This document shows, in pieces, positions 9,785-19,601 of a stretch of 64,000 nucleotides of DNA (positions within the stretch are counted from its first letter, which is position 1; each line of letters starts with the position of its first letter). The DNA is taken from positions 5,209 through 69,208 of IMG/VR virus record IMGVR_UViG_3300025162_000006, one strand, 5' to 3'. The stretch comes from a virus. The notes beneath the pieces are model-generated. The model had not been told where the DNA came from, did not search any database, and saw only the letters and a list, made by a program, of their open reading frames with translations. A program made the position numbers and the translations under genes.

Positions 9785-10327
9785 ATGCCACAGAAAACAG
9801 TTGAACAAATGGTTTACAATAGGCTCCCATTCCTTGCGGTTACTCCGCAGAATTCGGAACTTATCAGTGATTTTAAACAGGAAATGTATTACTATCTACA
9901 ACCATGGACCCGTTTTGCGGATGATATTGTTGAGGAAGATAGTTCGTATCGTGGACTGAGGCGAATGTTGGTTGCGGAATTAACCGCTCACACTATCCTC
10001 AAACGCAAGATCGTAACCAATCTCGGAGGGGTGGGAGGTAGTTCATCTTCCGGTGGTAAGCATATCAAAAAAGGTAAGGCCGATGTAGTTGAGGCAGAAT
10101 TTGAATACGCCAAAGCCGGTGACGGAAATGAGTTGTTAATGGAATCTGTTGACCTGATTGCAGAGATCAAAGCTACATACTGCAAATATGGTTATTCATT
10201 GGGGTATTATCTACCTGATTGTGAGAAAAAGATTCCTTTCACAATGCCATCATTTGTCTCATTCGTTCCGGATGATAATACCGGAAACACTGAAACGGTT
10301 GACGATATTAGCTATTTGACCCCATGA
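9785..10327 (+). CDS. putative head-tail adaptor
   Basis: Position; IKKGKADVVEAEF beta-hairpin like adaptor proteins. Confidence 0.55.
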   Translation: MPQKTVEQMVYNRLPFLAVTPQNSELISDFKQEMYYYLQPWTRFADDIVEEDSSYRGLRRMLVAELTAHTILKRKIVTNLGGVGGSSSSGGKHIKKGKADVVEAEFEYAKAGDGNELLMESVDLIAEIKATYCKYGYSLGYYLPDCEKKIPFTMPSFVSFVPDDNTGNTETVDDISYLTP

Positions 10328-10791
10328 GTAAGCTGTTAACAGATCAGGATTTTACCGATATACGGTCAGCTATTGGAGATGTCTCCGAAACATTTCTGCA
10401 AAAGGAAATCACTTATAAACTTTTTCAGGAATCAATGAACCGTATGAACACAGATCAAAACAAGCATTCCAGTTACGAACGCTTTGACCTGATGGGATTG
10501 ATCAAATGGGAAACAACCGAACCACAGGAAACTCGCCAGGGAGTATCTCATTTACAAAATGGATATGTACTGTTTAACATTGATGCATTGTTATCAGTGA
10601 CGGGAGAATCCGGAGGGGTATTGATCAGTGACGAGAACGGGGTATTATCGGTTCTCATGCTCGAGACGGTTGACCGGATTGAGATAGATGGAGAGGAAAT
10701 GCTTGTCACACTGGTTCAACAAATAGGCCAGTTAAAAGATCGTAATGTAATGCTGAAAGTTTTCTTCGCTCGTCAAGTTCAAAATGTATAA
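10324..10791 (+). CDS. putative head closure protein
   Basis: Position and size in the neck module. Confidence 0.5.
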   Translation: MSKLLTDQDFTDIRSAIGDVSETFLQKEITYKLFQESMNRMNTDQNKHSSYERFDLMGLIKWETTEPQETRQGVSHLQNGYVLFNIDALLSVTGESGGVLISDENGVLSVLMLETVDRIEIDGEEMLVTLVQQIGQLKDRNVMLKVFFARQVQNV

Positions 10792-11282
10792 TGGCCTCGA
10801 TCAAAAAAATAGGTGACTGGAAAGCTGCTGCGGCTCAGATCAAGGGCATGAAAACTGATATTCAGAGTGCGAACGAAGTAGCATTAAAACAGATCGGCCT
10901 CAAAGGGGAGCGATATGTTGTAAAGGTTATTCAATCGCAACCGTCAGAATGGCCCCCCCTCAAAGACAAATACCGGAACTGGAAAAAGAAACATGGTTAT
11001 TCCTCTCTCATGCTTATGCGCACAAGGGATATGTTCAACCGTATCACTTCGTTTGCGGATAAGAAACAGGTGTTCATTGGATTGAAAAGAGAGGCTATAA
11101 ACAGGGAGGGTGAAAGCCTTGCGAACATTGCGGCCATCATGGAGTTTGGCTCAAAGAAAAGGAATATACCGGCAAGACCATTTTTGCTGCCGGCACATAA
11201 AAAACTGATGGATGAAGGACTTCAAAAATTGTTCACTGAATTGTATCTCAAAGAGTGTAAACGCAAATACAAAACTTCATGA
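10791..11282 (+). CDS. virion morphogenesis / tail completion protein (HK97 gp10 / Mu gpG-like)
   Basis: WPPLK...IAAIMEFGS..NIPARPFL signature. Confidence 0.8.
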   Translation: MASIKKIGDWKAAAAQIKGMKTDIQSANEVALKQIGLKGERYVVKVIQSQPSEWPPLKDKYRNWKKKHGYSSLMLMRTRDMFNRITSFADKKQVFIGLKREAINREGESLANIAAIMEFGSKKRNIPARPFLLPAHKKLMDEGLQKLFTELYLKECKRKYKTS

Positions 11283-12307
11283 CAGTAAGAGAGATTGGCA
11301 ACGGTATTTTTGAGGCTCTACGATTGGCAACGGTACAGAGCGGATACTTCCCTGATATAGTTCCTTTTCTCAATCCAAAGGACCCGATGGGATTCTTTGA
11401 GGCGAAACAGGTTATACTATCATCCGGAAAGGAATTGATTGAGGTATTCAATGTTGGCGGTTACAATGCAAGACCGAGAAGAAAAACCAATGACATAGCA
11501 CTGGATTTGGTCGTTACTGATAAGTCGAAAAGGGGTACCATTACCGTTCCTGAATACACTGAGGCATACACTCCCCCCATTGCTGAAACAAGGGCGGTGG
11601 CTCAGGTCGAAATTGATAGTGTGATACAGGGAGAGGAATTCAGTTTAATCATTCAGGGAGACATACCGGTAACGCTTTGTACGCTAACAACCGGAGCGGA
11701 AACCGTAACGGAGTTAATGGATAGGGTTGTTGCGGAGATCAGTGCGAACTTTCCCGAATATTTACTAAACAGAATTGCGCTTGGTCAGGATGGTTACGAA
11801 CGACTTGATATACTTGCTCCCGTAGGTATGGGAGTATCAGGAAACAGGGAGTGTTCGGTTGTATTCACCACAACGGGAAACAGTGTCATTCGGTTTTACA
11901 ATTTCTACGGAGGGGTGGATTCTATTGCTCCGAAAAAATACTTCCTGAAAACGCTCACTGCAAAGAACCTTTACGATATTGATTTCCAGTTGCAGTATAT
12001 CGCTTATTCGGAAGAATATGCCTCAATAATTGAGGACCTGATTAATAAAACCATCGGAGCTCATGCAGCACTGTACGGATACAATGATTCAGGGTATCGG
12101 TTGAATGATTACTTTGTTATCATCCGTCAATCTTCGTTTGATACTTCGGGCTCAGATTTCATTGAGAGAGGTATCAGGTTTACAGTACCGGCAAAAGACT
12201 TGAACACTTCAACCAGTGGAGGTGCTATTGCTGAAAACATTGAAATTAAAATTGATCTTGAAGATTTAGAGGAAAATACTTTACTGGAATTAACTGTTCC
12301 TCTTTAG
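11279..12307 (+). CDS. putative tail terminator with inserted domain
   Basis: Immediately before the sheath gene; ~115-aa insert resembling a sheath segment. Confidence 0.55.
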   Translation: MTVREIGNGIFEALRLATVQSGYFPDIVPFLNPKDPMGFFEAKQVILSSGKELIEVFNVGGYNARPRRKTNDIALDLVVTDKSKRGTITVPEYTEAYTPPIAETRAVAQVEIDSVIQGEEFSLIIQGDIPVTLCTLTTGAETVTELMDRVVAEISANFPEYLLNRIALGQDGYERLDILAPVGMGVSGNRECSVVFTTTGNSVIRFYNFYGGVDSIAPKKYFLKTLTAKNLYDIDFQLQYIAYSEEYASIIEDLINKTIGAHAALYGYNDSGYRLNDYFVIIRQSSFDTSGSDFIERGIRFTVPAKDLNTSTSGGAIAENIEIKIDLEDLEENTLLELTVPL

Positions 12308-12360
12308 CGAAATATTATCTTTATTCACACAAGGCATTCACTAATCAAAAAAAACGGAAA

Positions 12361-14292
12361 ATGCAAAACTTATCAGGAACACCGGGCGTAAAGACGAGCA
12401 TTACCGATCTTTCTATTATCATCGGAAACTCGTTAAAAGGTATCACTTGCGTTATGGGAATCACAGAGCGTGGGGAACCTGCAAAACAGGTCCTTGTCAC
12501 CAACTGGACAGAGTATAAAAGGGAGTTTGGCGGTTTGATCGCCGGAGAATTATTCCCGCTCTACTGCAAACAAGCACTGGAATCAGGTGCGAAGCTGCGG
12601 GTTAGTCGTGTAAATCATTTTACCACGATTGACGATAACGCCTCAGTTGTTGGAACAAAGGCCTCGGCAACACTTACCGTTAACTCGGTACCCGAAACAC
12701 TGGCATCGGCAACGGTATCGGTCACTACTGCGGGAGCAAACAATGACACTCACTCCATCACTGCAAACGGTACACTGATTGCAACCTATACGGTTGTTAC
12801 CGGTAACTCTACCACTGATGTAGCGAATGGTTTGTTAATTGATCTCCTTGCTAAATTCGCAGCCGGCACACATGGCTACAAGGGCGTAAAAGCCTCCGCA
12901 ACTACGATAACCGTAAGACCTCCGGTTGGTTCGGGCGTTGCTGCAAATGCTTACACTCACACAGTCGCAAATACAGGAACCGCAGTTTGTACCTTTGGTG
13001 CATTCACTGGTGGAGTTGACGCGGTTGTTGCGGGAGTGAGTAATTGGAAAGCGAAGGGAGTAGGCGCTGGATACAATGGAACTACAATCGTGGTCACAGA
13101 TTCGATCTCAGGCGTTTCAGGGAACATTGACATTGAGGTAACCTTACCGAATACAGATATTTCGTTCAAGGTATCCAATGTCACGAATAACCCCTCTACC
13201 GCTCAAAAGGCCTCTCTCAATTCAAAACTTGCGGGAGTAACACTGGATACATTCACCACAACGATTCCAAAGGGAACCGCAACACTCGCCACTGGTGCTG
13301 AAACGGTGGCCTCCATTGTGGCTGCGGACTATGTGGGGTCCAGTATCGCAAAGAACGGAATGAGAGTATTTGATGCGGTAACGGATTCAATGCGAATGAT
13401 GAACTTTAATTGCCCTGACCCGACAGTTGATGTTGCGATGGTTACCTACTGCGAATCAAGAATGGACATGAGAGCGGTAACCCGTACTCCGGTCGGTTTA
13501 ACAGTCTCCGGAGTGAGCGATTACAGGAGCGGGACCGGAGCATACAGTTTTACCTCAATCAATTCCATGTACGGCGATTTATGGTATTCCGATCTCTACA
13601 TTACGGACCCGAGCGATAACGATGTAAAGGATATGCAGATATCCGGTATTGGATTCTTCGCAGGATTAAGGGCACAGGCTGATAACAATTTCGGAGAATG
13701 GTTCTCGGCAGCGGGAGATTTCACTGGAAAGATCACTGGTGCAAACGGGGTATTGATCAATTTTATTTCTCCTGGCAACAAAGGTCAGTTTGACACGCTT
13801 TACGAGGCGGGAGTTAATGCGATTGTGAACCATCCTACTTTCGGTATCTGTTCATGGGGTAACCGCTCAATGTTAAAAGATCGCACGAAGCTGACATCAA
13901 AGATGAATATTGCTGATATGTGCGTTTTCATTGCCCGTACCCTCAAAGGTATCGCAGAGACACAATCGTTCAAACCGAATGATTTTCCAATGTTCAATGA
14001 GTTATACCGGAAAGCGTTACCGTTCATCCGTGATGTACTCGTTGCGGGGAGAGCAATTCAGGGGGATGATTCTCCACAAAAGGGAGAGGGAACATGGTGG
14101 CATTGGTTCGGAGATCAGTTTGCCAAAACACCGGCAGACCTGACATTCAATACCAAAAATGAGATTGATGCCGGTAAGTACAGGATTCGGTTCGCATTCA
14201 AACCGATTGCCTCCAATGAATATATCGCCATTGATATTGCTCCCGCAGATTCCGCAACCATACTCAACATTCAGGTATTGAAAACCCTTTAA
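12361..14292 (+). CDS. tail sheath protein
   Basis: TPGV...GITERGEP...VTNWTEYKREFG; C-terminal LYEAGVNAI...WGNRS...FKPN...FKPIASNEYI. Confidence 0.92.
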   Translation: MQNLSGTPGVKTSITDLSIIIGNSLKGITCVMGITERGEPAKQVLVTNWTEYKREFGGLIAGELFPLYCKQALESGAKLRVSRVNHFTTIDDNASVVGTKASATLTVNSVPETLASATVSVTTAGANNDTHSITANGTLIATYTVVTGNSTTDVANGLLIDLLAKFAAGTHGYKGVKASATTITVRPPVGSGVAANAYTHTVANTGTAVCTFGAFTGGVDAVVAGVSNWKAKGVGAGYNGTTIVVTDSISGVSGNIDIEVTLPNTDISFKVSNVTNNPSTAQKASLNSKLAGVTLDTFTTTIPKGTATLATGAETVASIVAADYVGSSIAKNGMRVFDAVTDSMRMMNFNCPDPTVDVAMVTYCESRMDMRAVTRTPVGLTVSGVSDYRSGTGAYSFTSINSMYGDLWYSDLYITDPSDNDVKDMQISGIGFFAGLRAQADNNFGEWFSAAGDFTGKITGANGVLINFISPGNKGQFDTLYEAGVNAIVNHPTFGICSWGNRSMLKDRTKLTSKMNIADMCVFIARTLKGIAETQSFKPNDFPMFNELYRKALPFIRDVLVAGRAIQGDDSPQKGEGTWWHWFGDQFAKTPADLTFNTKNEIDAGKYRIRFAFKPIASNEYIAIDIAPADSATILNIQVLKTL

Positions 14293-14303
14293 TTCTTTGA
14301 ACA

Positions 14304-14747
14304 ATGGCAGTAGATAATGTTTTAAAAAATTATGATTTCGCCCTTGAAATTAACGGCGTAAATCAGGCTCTCCTTCAAGGGGTAACCCCTCCAACGGTTG
14401 AATATACCGAACATAAACAAGGACAGCAGGGCAACAGGCCTGACAAGAAAACTCCCGGCAAAAAGATCGTAGGTGATCTCGTTGCGGAAATGGTCGTGAG
14501 CGCAATTACCGGTTCACCTGAAATATGGAAAATCTTTCAGGCAACCGCACTCGCTCCCCGATCAGGATACATTGGAACAGGATTCCTGATTGAAACAAAC
14601 CCTATTGGCGTTCCGATTAATCGGTTCTTCATTGGCGATGTTTGGATTAAGAAAATTGAATCCGCTCAGTTGAGCACCAAAGGGGATAACTCCGCAGATG
14701 TACTACGCACAGTCACATTCTCAATTGAGGATTATATTTTGATGTAA
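14304..14747 (+). CDS. tail tube protein (T4 gp19-like)
   Basis: YDFALEING, KTPGK, WIKKIE motifs; follows sheath. Confidence 0.85.
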   Translation: MAVDNVLKNYDFALEINGVNQALLQGVTPPTVEYTEHKQGQQGNRPDKKTPGKKIVGDLVAEMVVSAITGSPEIWKIFQATALAPRSGYIGTGFLIETNPIGVPINRFFIGDVWIKKIESAQLSTKGDNSADVLRTVTFSIEDYILM

Positions 14748-14789
14748 GGTACTGCTGTGCTTGCGGTGTGTTTATTTCCCATGGAAAGA

Positions 14790-14817
14790 GGGGGGTCCGA
14801 AAGGATCTCCCTTTTTT
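14790..14817 (+). terminator. intrinsic terminator
   Basis: GGGGGGTCC-GAAA-GGATCTCCC then TTTTTT. Confidence 0.85.
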
Positions 14818-14860
14818 GTGTTATATTAGATCATTACTCACAAATTAAATTATTCACAAA

Positions 14861-15757
14861 ATGGTAAAATTCAGTATCCGCAAGCAAGAAAAAATGACCG
14901 CATTGAGCGGCATTGAGATCGGAATTAGATCGTTACTTGGCGCACATCAGGCGCTCATTACGCAGCAATCCGAGAAGAAAAGAGTAGAGGGTTTTGAGGA
15001 ACTTTTATTCGACTGCATTGATTACATTGGCGAAAAAAAGAAACCGGAGTTAACTCTCAATAACATCAAAAGATTACTGGAAGGAGACAGGAAACATATC
15101 CTGATTCGCATTCGCCAGTTATCCAACAACCATGACCCGCTTTTTATCTTTGATTATGAATTCCCGACAGAGGATGGTAAAAAACTCAAAGAGAGAAAAA
15201 CGGTTGACTTCAATTACACTAACTTTCCTGTAAAACCTTATTATTGGGTCCGTAACGAAATGGAATCTCAAAGTGGTGCGGTAACCCATCCGGAGGGAGA
15301 TCGTGCGGGAGAGCTTACTGGATTGAGTGACGGAGGCAATATTCCGGTTATGTTTACCGATTACTCCGAGATACTGGAAAAATACAAAGAACAGAAATTC
15401 GTTCTACCGGAATCAGGGGTTACGGTTATTTACAACCTACTCATTGCAGAGGAAACCGCAAAGTTCGCAACCGCACTGGTTAAAGAGAGAATCAATTCAC
15501 ACACTCAAATACAGATGCACGCTCCGGTTTACATTGACGATGATCTCTCCGTTAACAGGGATAAACCGGTAAGGATTCCGGTACCACTTGACCAGCTTAC
15601 TCACACTGATATTGAGGCATTGAGAAAAGACATGATGGAGAAAGAGGGGTCTGTTGACAGTCAGATCGTGGTCCAGTACAAGGAGGACAGGACAAAGCAA
15701 TCGGAAATTGATCTCGTTTCGATGCCGGCTTTTTTCTTCCCCAGTTTGGTGCTATAA
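14861..15757 (+). CDS. tail assembly chaperone (G-like)
   Basis: Between tube and tape measure; LLEGDR...IRIRQLS; ends AFFFP at a slippery site. Confidence 0.75.
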   Translation: MVKFSIRKQEKMTALSGIEIGIRSLLGAHQALITQQSEKKRVEGFEELLFDCIDYIGEKKKPELTLNNIKRLLEGDRKHILIRIRQLSNNHDPLFIFDYEFPTEDGKKLKERKTVDFNYTNFPVKPYYWVRNEMESQSGAVTHPEGDRAGELTGLSDGGNIPVMFTDYSEILEKYKEQKFVLPESGVTVIYNLLIAEETAKFATALVKERINSHTQIQMHAPVYIDDDLSVNRDKPVRIPVPLDQLTHTDIEALRKDMMEKEGSVDSQIVVQYKEDRTKQSEIDLVSMPAFFFPSLVL

Positions 15758-15978
15758 ATCAGAAACCAAAACTCGAGGATATTTGTAACGAATCACTATT
15801 TTTGAATATCCTCGATGTTTGGTTTGATCTCTCGTACGGTGGCTTAACAGTGAGTATCGACGATGTGCTAAACTGGGATTATCCAACGATTTATTATTTT
15901 ATCAAAAGGATGGAAGTACAAAAGAATTTCGAGAACAAACAAGCAGCGCAAATAAAGGCAACCGCTAAAAAGAGTTAA
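15730..15978 (+). CDS. -1 frameshift extension of the tail chaperone (GT-like)
   Basis: T TTT TTC slippery heptamer at 15730-15736; the -1 frame is open for 82 codons and stops 2 nt before the tape measure ATG. Confidence 0.8.
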   Translation, partial: FFLPQFGAINQKPKLEDICNESLFLNILDVWFDLSYGGLTVSIDDVLNWDYPTIYYFIKRMEVQKNFENKQAAQIKATAKKS

Positions 15979-15980
15979 TC

Positions 15981-18488
15981 ATGTCAGTATTCGGTGGAGG
16001 TTCCGGAGGTATAGGTACCGGTATTGTTTATAGTCTTGTAGATCAGTTTTCAGGACCCGCAGATAAAATCACTGCGAAGTTTCAGAAGATGGAGGGGGTC
16101 ACTGAAAAGTCTATGGATAGTATCAATAAAAGCATGGGTAAGATTAAAACCGGAGTAGCTGCCCTGGCACTTGCGGGAGCGGTATTTCTTCCGTTGGGAA
16201 AAGCGATCGATGAAGCTGCTGAATACGAAAAGCACTTTCAGGGAATTAAGCATACAGTGAAATTAACCGGTCAGGGATACGATGAACTCAGTAACAAATT
16301 GAGAGCGGTATCAAAGACGGGAACGTCCGCACTGGATGATTTGATTGTCGGTGCAGAGATGGCCGGTAAGATGGGCGTACAAGGTATTGATAAGGTTGTT
16401 TCATTCTCAAAGAATGTTGTTCGTTTTGCGGGAGATGCGAATATGTCAGTAGAAGAATCCGCAACCATGTTCAAACGGTTATCGCAAATACTCGATATTC
16501 CACTGGATAAGATTGAAAACATTGGTTCTGCGGCATTGGAATTAGGGGATACCTTTTCCGCAAATACAAATGACATCATGGGATTCTCCGCAAAGATAGC
16601 AGGGGCGGGTAAAATCGCAGGGTTATCCACTGCCGATATTCTTGGTATGTCAACCGCATTTGTTTCCGTTGGCGCTGATGCGGGCAGGGGCGGTAATGCA
16701 GTAGCGAAAACCCTGTACAAAATGAACGATGCCGTTAATATTTCCGGAGACAAATTAACAGACTTCGCAAAGGTGGCCGGTGTATCCGTTGGTGAATTCT
16801 CCGATGTATTCCGTAAGGAACCGGTCAAAGCCTTTGATATGTTTATTCAGGGATTAGGTAGATCAGGCAATCAGGCAACCGCACTGATGGATGATTTAGA
16901 GTTGTCAGATATCCGGTTAATGAACATGATGATCTCCGTTTCAGATAGCAGTGGTAACATGGGTAAGGCAATCTCACTGGCGAATAAATCTTATGAGGAA
17001 GGTACAACCATGGCCGAACACGCTGCCATGAAATACAATACCGTTGCCGGTCAGACAAAGATCATGGAAAACAATATGAAAGATTTATCCCTGACAATCG
17101 GTAATATGTTCCTCCCTGTAATGATGGTAATCAATAAGGTTATCAGTGGAACGGTTCGGTTATTCAACTGGTTGGCGGGTTCTACGGTTGGAAAATTTAT
17201 AATAGGGTTAATTGCCGTTGTTGGAGTATTGGCCGGTCTATTCGGGATATTTACTATTGCGGTAAATATTGGAACATTTGCAATGGCTAAATTCCAGTTA
17301 GCATTGATTGAGGCGGGGTTTGCGGAGGTTGCTACTGCGTTCGCTACCGGAGGGTTGACTGCGGGAATGTGGGCGTTAGCTACCGCAGTATGGACCGCAC
17401 TCGCTCCATTCTTACCGTTTCTTGCTGCTATTGCTGCGGTTATCGGTATTATATGGGGAGCGAACAAAGCGATTGATGCCTATGCTGATGTTCTCAATGG
17501 CAAGGCCGTTGTTGCGACTGAGGGGTGGAGTAGGGTGCTCCAGCAGATCGGTGGCGTACTTACCGGAATCGGAGAGGTATTCAGAACAGCCGGAGACGAT
17601 GGATTCACCATGTCAAAGAAAATGAGAGATTCACTTGAACAGTTGGGGGTATTGGATTTCGTTGTCGCAATAGGAACATGGGCGGTGAGGATTAAAACAT
17701 TCTTCAAAGGAATGAAAGAGGGATTCATGGAGGCTTGGGGAGTGATAAAACAAGTGTGGTCCTACATGAAAAAACCCTTTGAAATGTTGGGTAATTTCCT
17801 AGGAAAACTCGGTCTTGATTTTTGGAAAGGTGCGGGTGCGATGGAGGAATGGGCGAAATGGGGTAAGAGAATAGCTTATGTGATTGTTGGATTTATTACC
17901 CTTGCGCTATCTCCGCTCATTATTGCCATAGGTTCAGCCATAGCAATATTTATGTTAATCGGTGCGGTTATCAGTGCAATTATTTATCCATTTACTCACT
18001 GGGGAGAAACCGTTGAATGGGTTAAAAAACAATTCAATTCCCTGATAAGTACGGTAGGCGATTTTTTCAGTGGTATCGGTCAATGGTTTGCCGGTATTTT
18101 TAAGAGCGCAATGACATGGGGCGCTGATATTGTGAACGGGATTTGGAAGGGGATTAAGAGTGCCTGGACTGCTTTACAGGATTGGTTTACGAACGCTCTC
18201 AATGCACTGATCGCTCCGTTTACCAGTATCTTGTCAATGCTTGGAATCATTGACGATGTTAAAGTGAGTACGAATACAACCTCAACAAACATCAATACAC
18301 CAACAAAGGCGGGGGTAGCAACCGCACAGGGAAAGAATAACTCCGTTGCCGGTAATACTGAAACCTATACCTACAACCATGACAGAACGGTGGTTCGGGA
18401 TATTAATGTTGTAATGCCTGATGGCAAAGTATTGGCAAGGGTTGTCAATAGTGAAAACGATCAAACCAAAACAAGGAGAACCGGATAA
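15981..18488 (+). CDS. tape measure protein (TP901-type core)
   Basis: 835 aa, Ala/Gly-rich helical, hydrophobic central segments, W/F-spaced repeats. Confidence 0.92.
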   Translation: MSVFGGGSGGIGTGIVYSLVDQFSGPADKITAKFQKMEGVTEKSMDSINKSMGKIKTGVAALALAGAVFLPLGKAIDEAAEYEKHFQGIKHTVKLTGQGYDELSNKLRAVSKTGTSALDDLIVGAEMAGKMGVQGIDKVVSFSKNVVRFAGDANMSVEESATMFKRLSQILDIPLDKIENIGSAALELGDTFSANTNDIMGFSAKIAGAGKIAGLSTADILGMSTAFVSVGADAGRGGNAVAKTLYKMNDAVNISGDKLTDFAKVAGVSVGEFSDVFRKEPVKAFDMFIQGLGRSGNQATALMDDLELSDIRLMNMMISVSDSSGNMGKAISLANKSYEEGTTMAEHAAMKYNTVAGQTKIMENNMKDLSLTIGNMFLPVMMVINKVISGTVRLFNWLAGSTVGKFIIGLIAVVGVLAGLFGIFTIAVNIGTFAMAKFQLALIEAGFAEVATAFATGGLTAGMWALATAVWTALAPFLPFLAAIAAVIGIIWGANKAIDAYADVLNGKAVVATEGWSRVLQQIGGVLTGIGEVFRTAGDDGFTMSKKMRDSLEQLGVLDFVVAIGTWAVRIKTFFKGMKEGFMEAWGVIKQVWSYMKKPFEMLGNFLGKLGLDFWKGAGAMEEWAKWGKRIAYVIVGFITLALSPLIIAIGSAIAIFMLIGAVISAIIYPFTHWGETVEWVKKQFNSLISTVGDFFSGIGQWFAGIFKSAMTWGADIVNGIWKGIKSAWTALQDWFTNALNALIAPFTSILSMLGIIDDVKVSTNTTSTNINTPTKAGVATAQGKNNSVAGNTETYTYNHDRTVVRDINVVMPDGKVLARVVNSENDQTKTRRTG

Positions 18489-18802
18489 TGGGAGTTAAAC
18501 TGTACAAGATCGACCCGAAGTCAGGGCAGGGAGATTATCAATTCTTCTGCCCGGGGTGCCGTTGTAATCATGCGGTATGGGTTACCGCTAACAATGACAA
18601 TCACGCCGTTTGGTCATTCAATGATAACATGGAAAAGCCTACATTCAGTCCCTCAATACTGGTCAGGTGGACCCGCACCATTGGAGAGGTAGTGGATTTC
18701 GTATGTCATTCCTTTGTCACTGACGGTATGATTAAATTTCTTGGAGATTGCACCCATCCGTTAAAAGATCAAACCGTAGAATTACCTGATATACCTGATT
18801 GA
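18488..18802 (+). CDS. DUF6527-like Cys/His protein
   Basis: CPGC...H...WSFN....PTFSPSIL...CHSFVTDG.I.FLGDCTH pattern. Confidence 0.7.
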   Translation: MGVKLYKIDPKSGQGDYQFFCPGCRCNHAVWVTANNDNHAVWSFNDNMEKPTFSPSILVRWTRTIGEVVDFVCHSFVTDGMIKFLGDCTHPLKDQTVELPDIPD

Positions 18803-18803
18803 G

Positions 18804-19286
18804 ATGATAAGTACAACAAACGGAAACCTTTACATTGTCGAATTAGAGGACCCATTTGAAAAGATGGAGATTCAATTCGTACCGGAGAATATCGCTCAGC
18901 CGAGAACGGCAAACCTTAAATCGGTAAATATCGTTGGAAGAAATAACGATCTTTTGCATTATACCGGTGGTCAGGAAACAATGCAATTAACACTGGATTT
19001 CCTTGCGGATGATGAACGCAGAACGGAAGTGATTGACAAAATCCGTTGGTTAAAATCTCTCACAATGAAAGACGGGGATAACGGACCTTTCCGCAATGTT
19101 TCCCTTATCATGGGCGATCTATTTAAGAATCAGGTTTGGGCGGTCAGTTCGGTTGAACCAACCATGACACATTTTGACGGAGATCACAACTGGCTCCCAT
19201 TGAGGGCGTCAGTGGTAGTCAAGTTTATACTGGACCCGAAAACGAATTTATTATTTTCGCAAGTAAGAGCAAGGCAAGTTATTTGA
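18804..19286 (+). CDS. tail tube initiator (CIS tube-like)
   Basis: IQFVPENI...LHYTGG.ETMQLTLDF pattern; position after tape measure. Confidence 0.7.
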   Translation: MISTTNGNLYIVELEDPFEKMEIQFVPENIAQPRTANLKSVNIVGRNNDLLHYTGGQETMQLTLDFLADDERRTEVIDKIRWLKSLTMKDGDNGPFRNVSLIMGDLFKNQVWAVSSVEPTMTHFDGDHNWLPLRASVVVKFILDPKTNLLFSQVRARQVI

Positions 19287-19287
19287 T

Positions 19288-19599
19288 ATGGAAGCATTAA
19301 CATTGAGAGTTGACAATCCCTACGCAGACGGTAAGCTGATTCAGCTACCGAATAACGACATCATCCTCAACAGGGAAAAGATCACCTACAAACCTACTGT
19401 TTATGACAAGCGCCATACAGTAATTCAGGGAGACAATCTCACTGCCCTGGCATATCAGTATTACCGGAATGTAACAGAGTATCCATCCCGTTACTGGTGG
19501 ATAATTGCAGATGCGAATAATATTCTCAATCCACTGGACATTTCAGATTTAATCGGTTACGAAATTATCATTCCTGATTTCAATGAGGCAACACTGTAA
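19288..19599 (+). CDS. LysM / tail protein X-like
   Basis: HTVIQGDNLTALAYQYY...WWIIADANNI.NP. Confidence 0.85.
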   Translation: MEALTLRVDNPYADGKLIQLPNNDIILNREKITYKPTVYDKRHTVIQGDNLTALAYQYYRNVTEYPSRYWWIIADANNILNPLDISDLIGYEIIIPDFNEATL

Positions 19600-19601
19600 A
19601 C

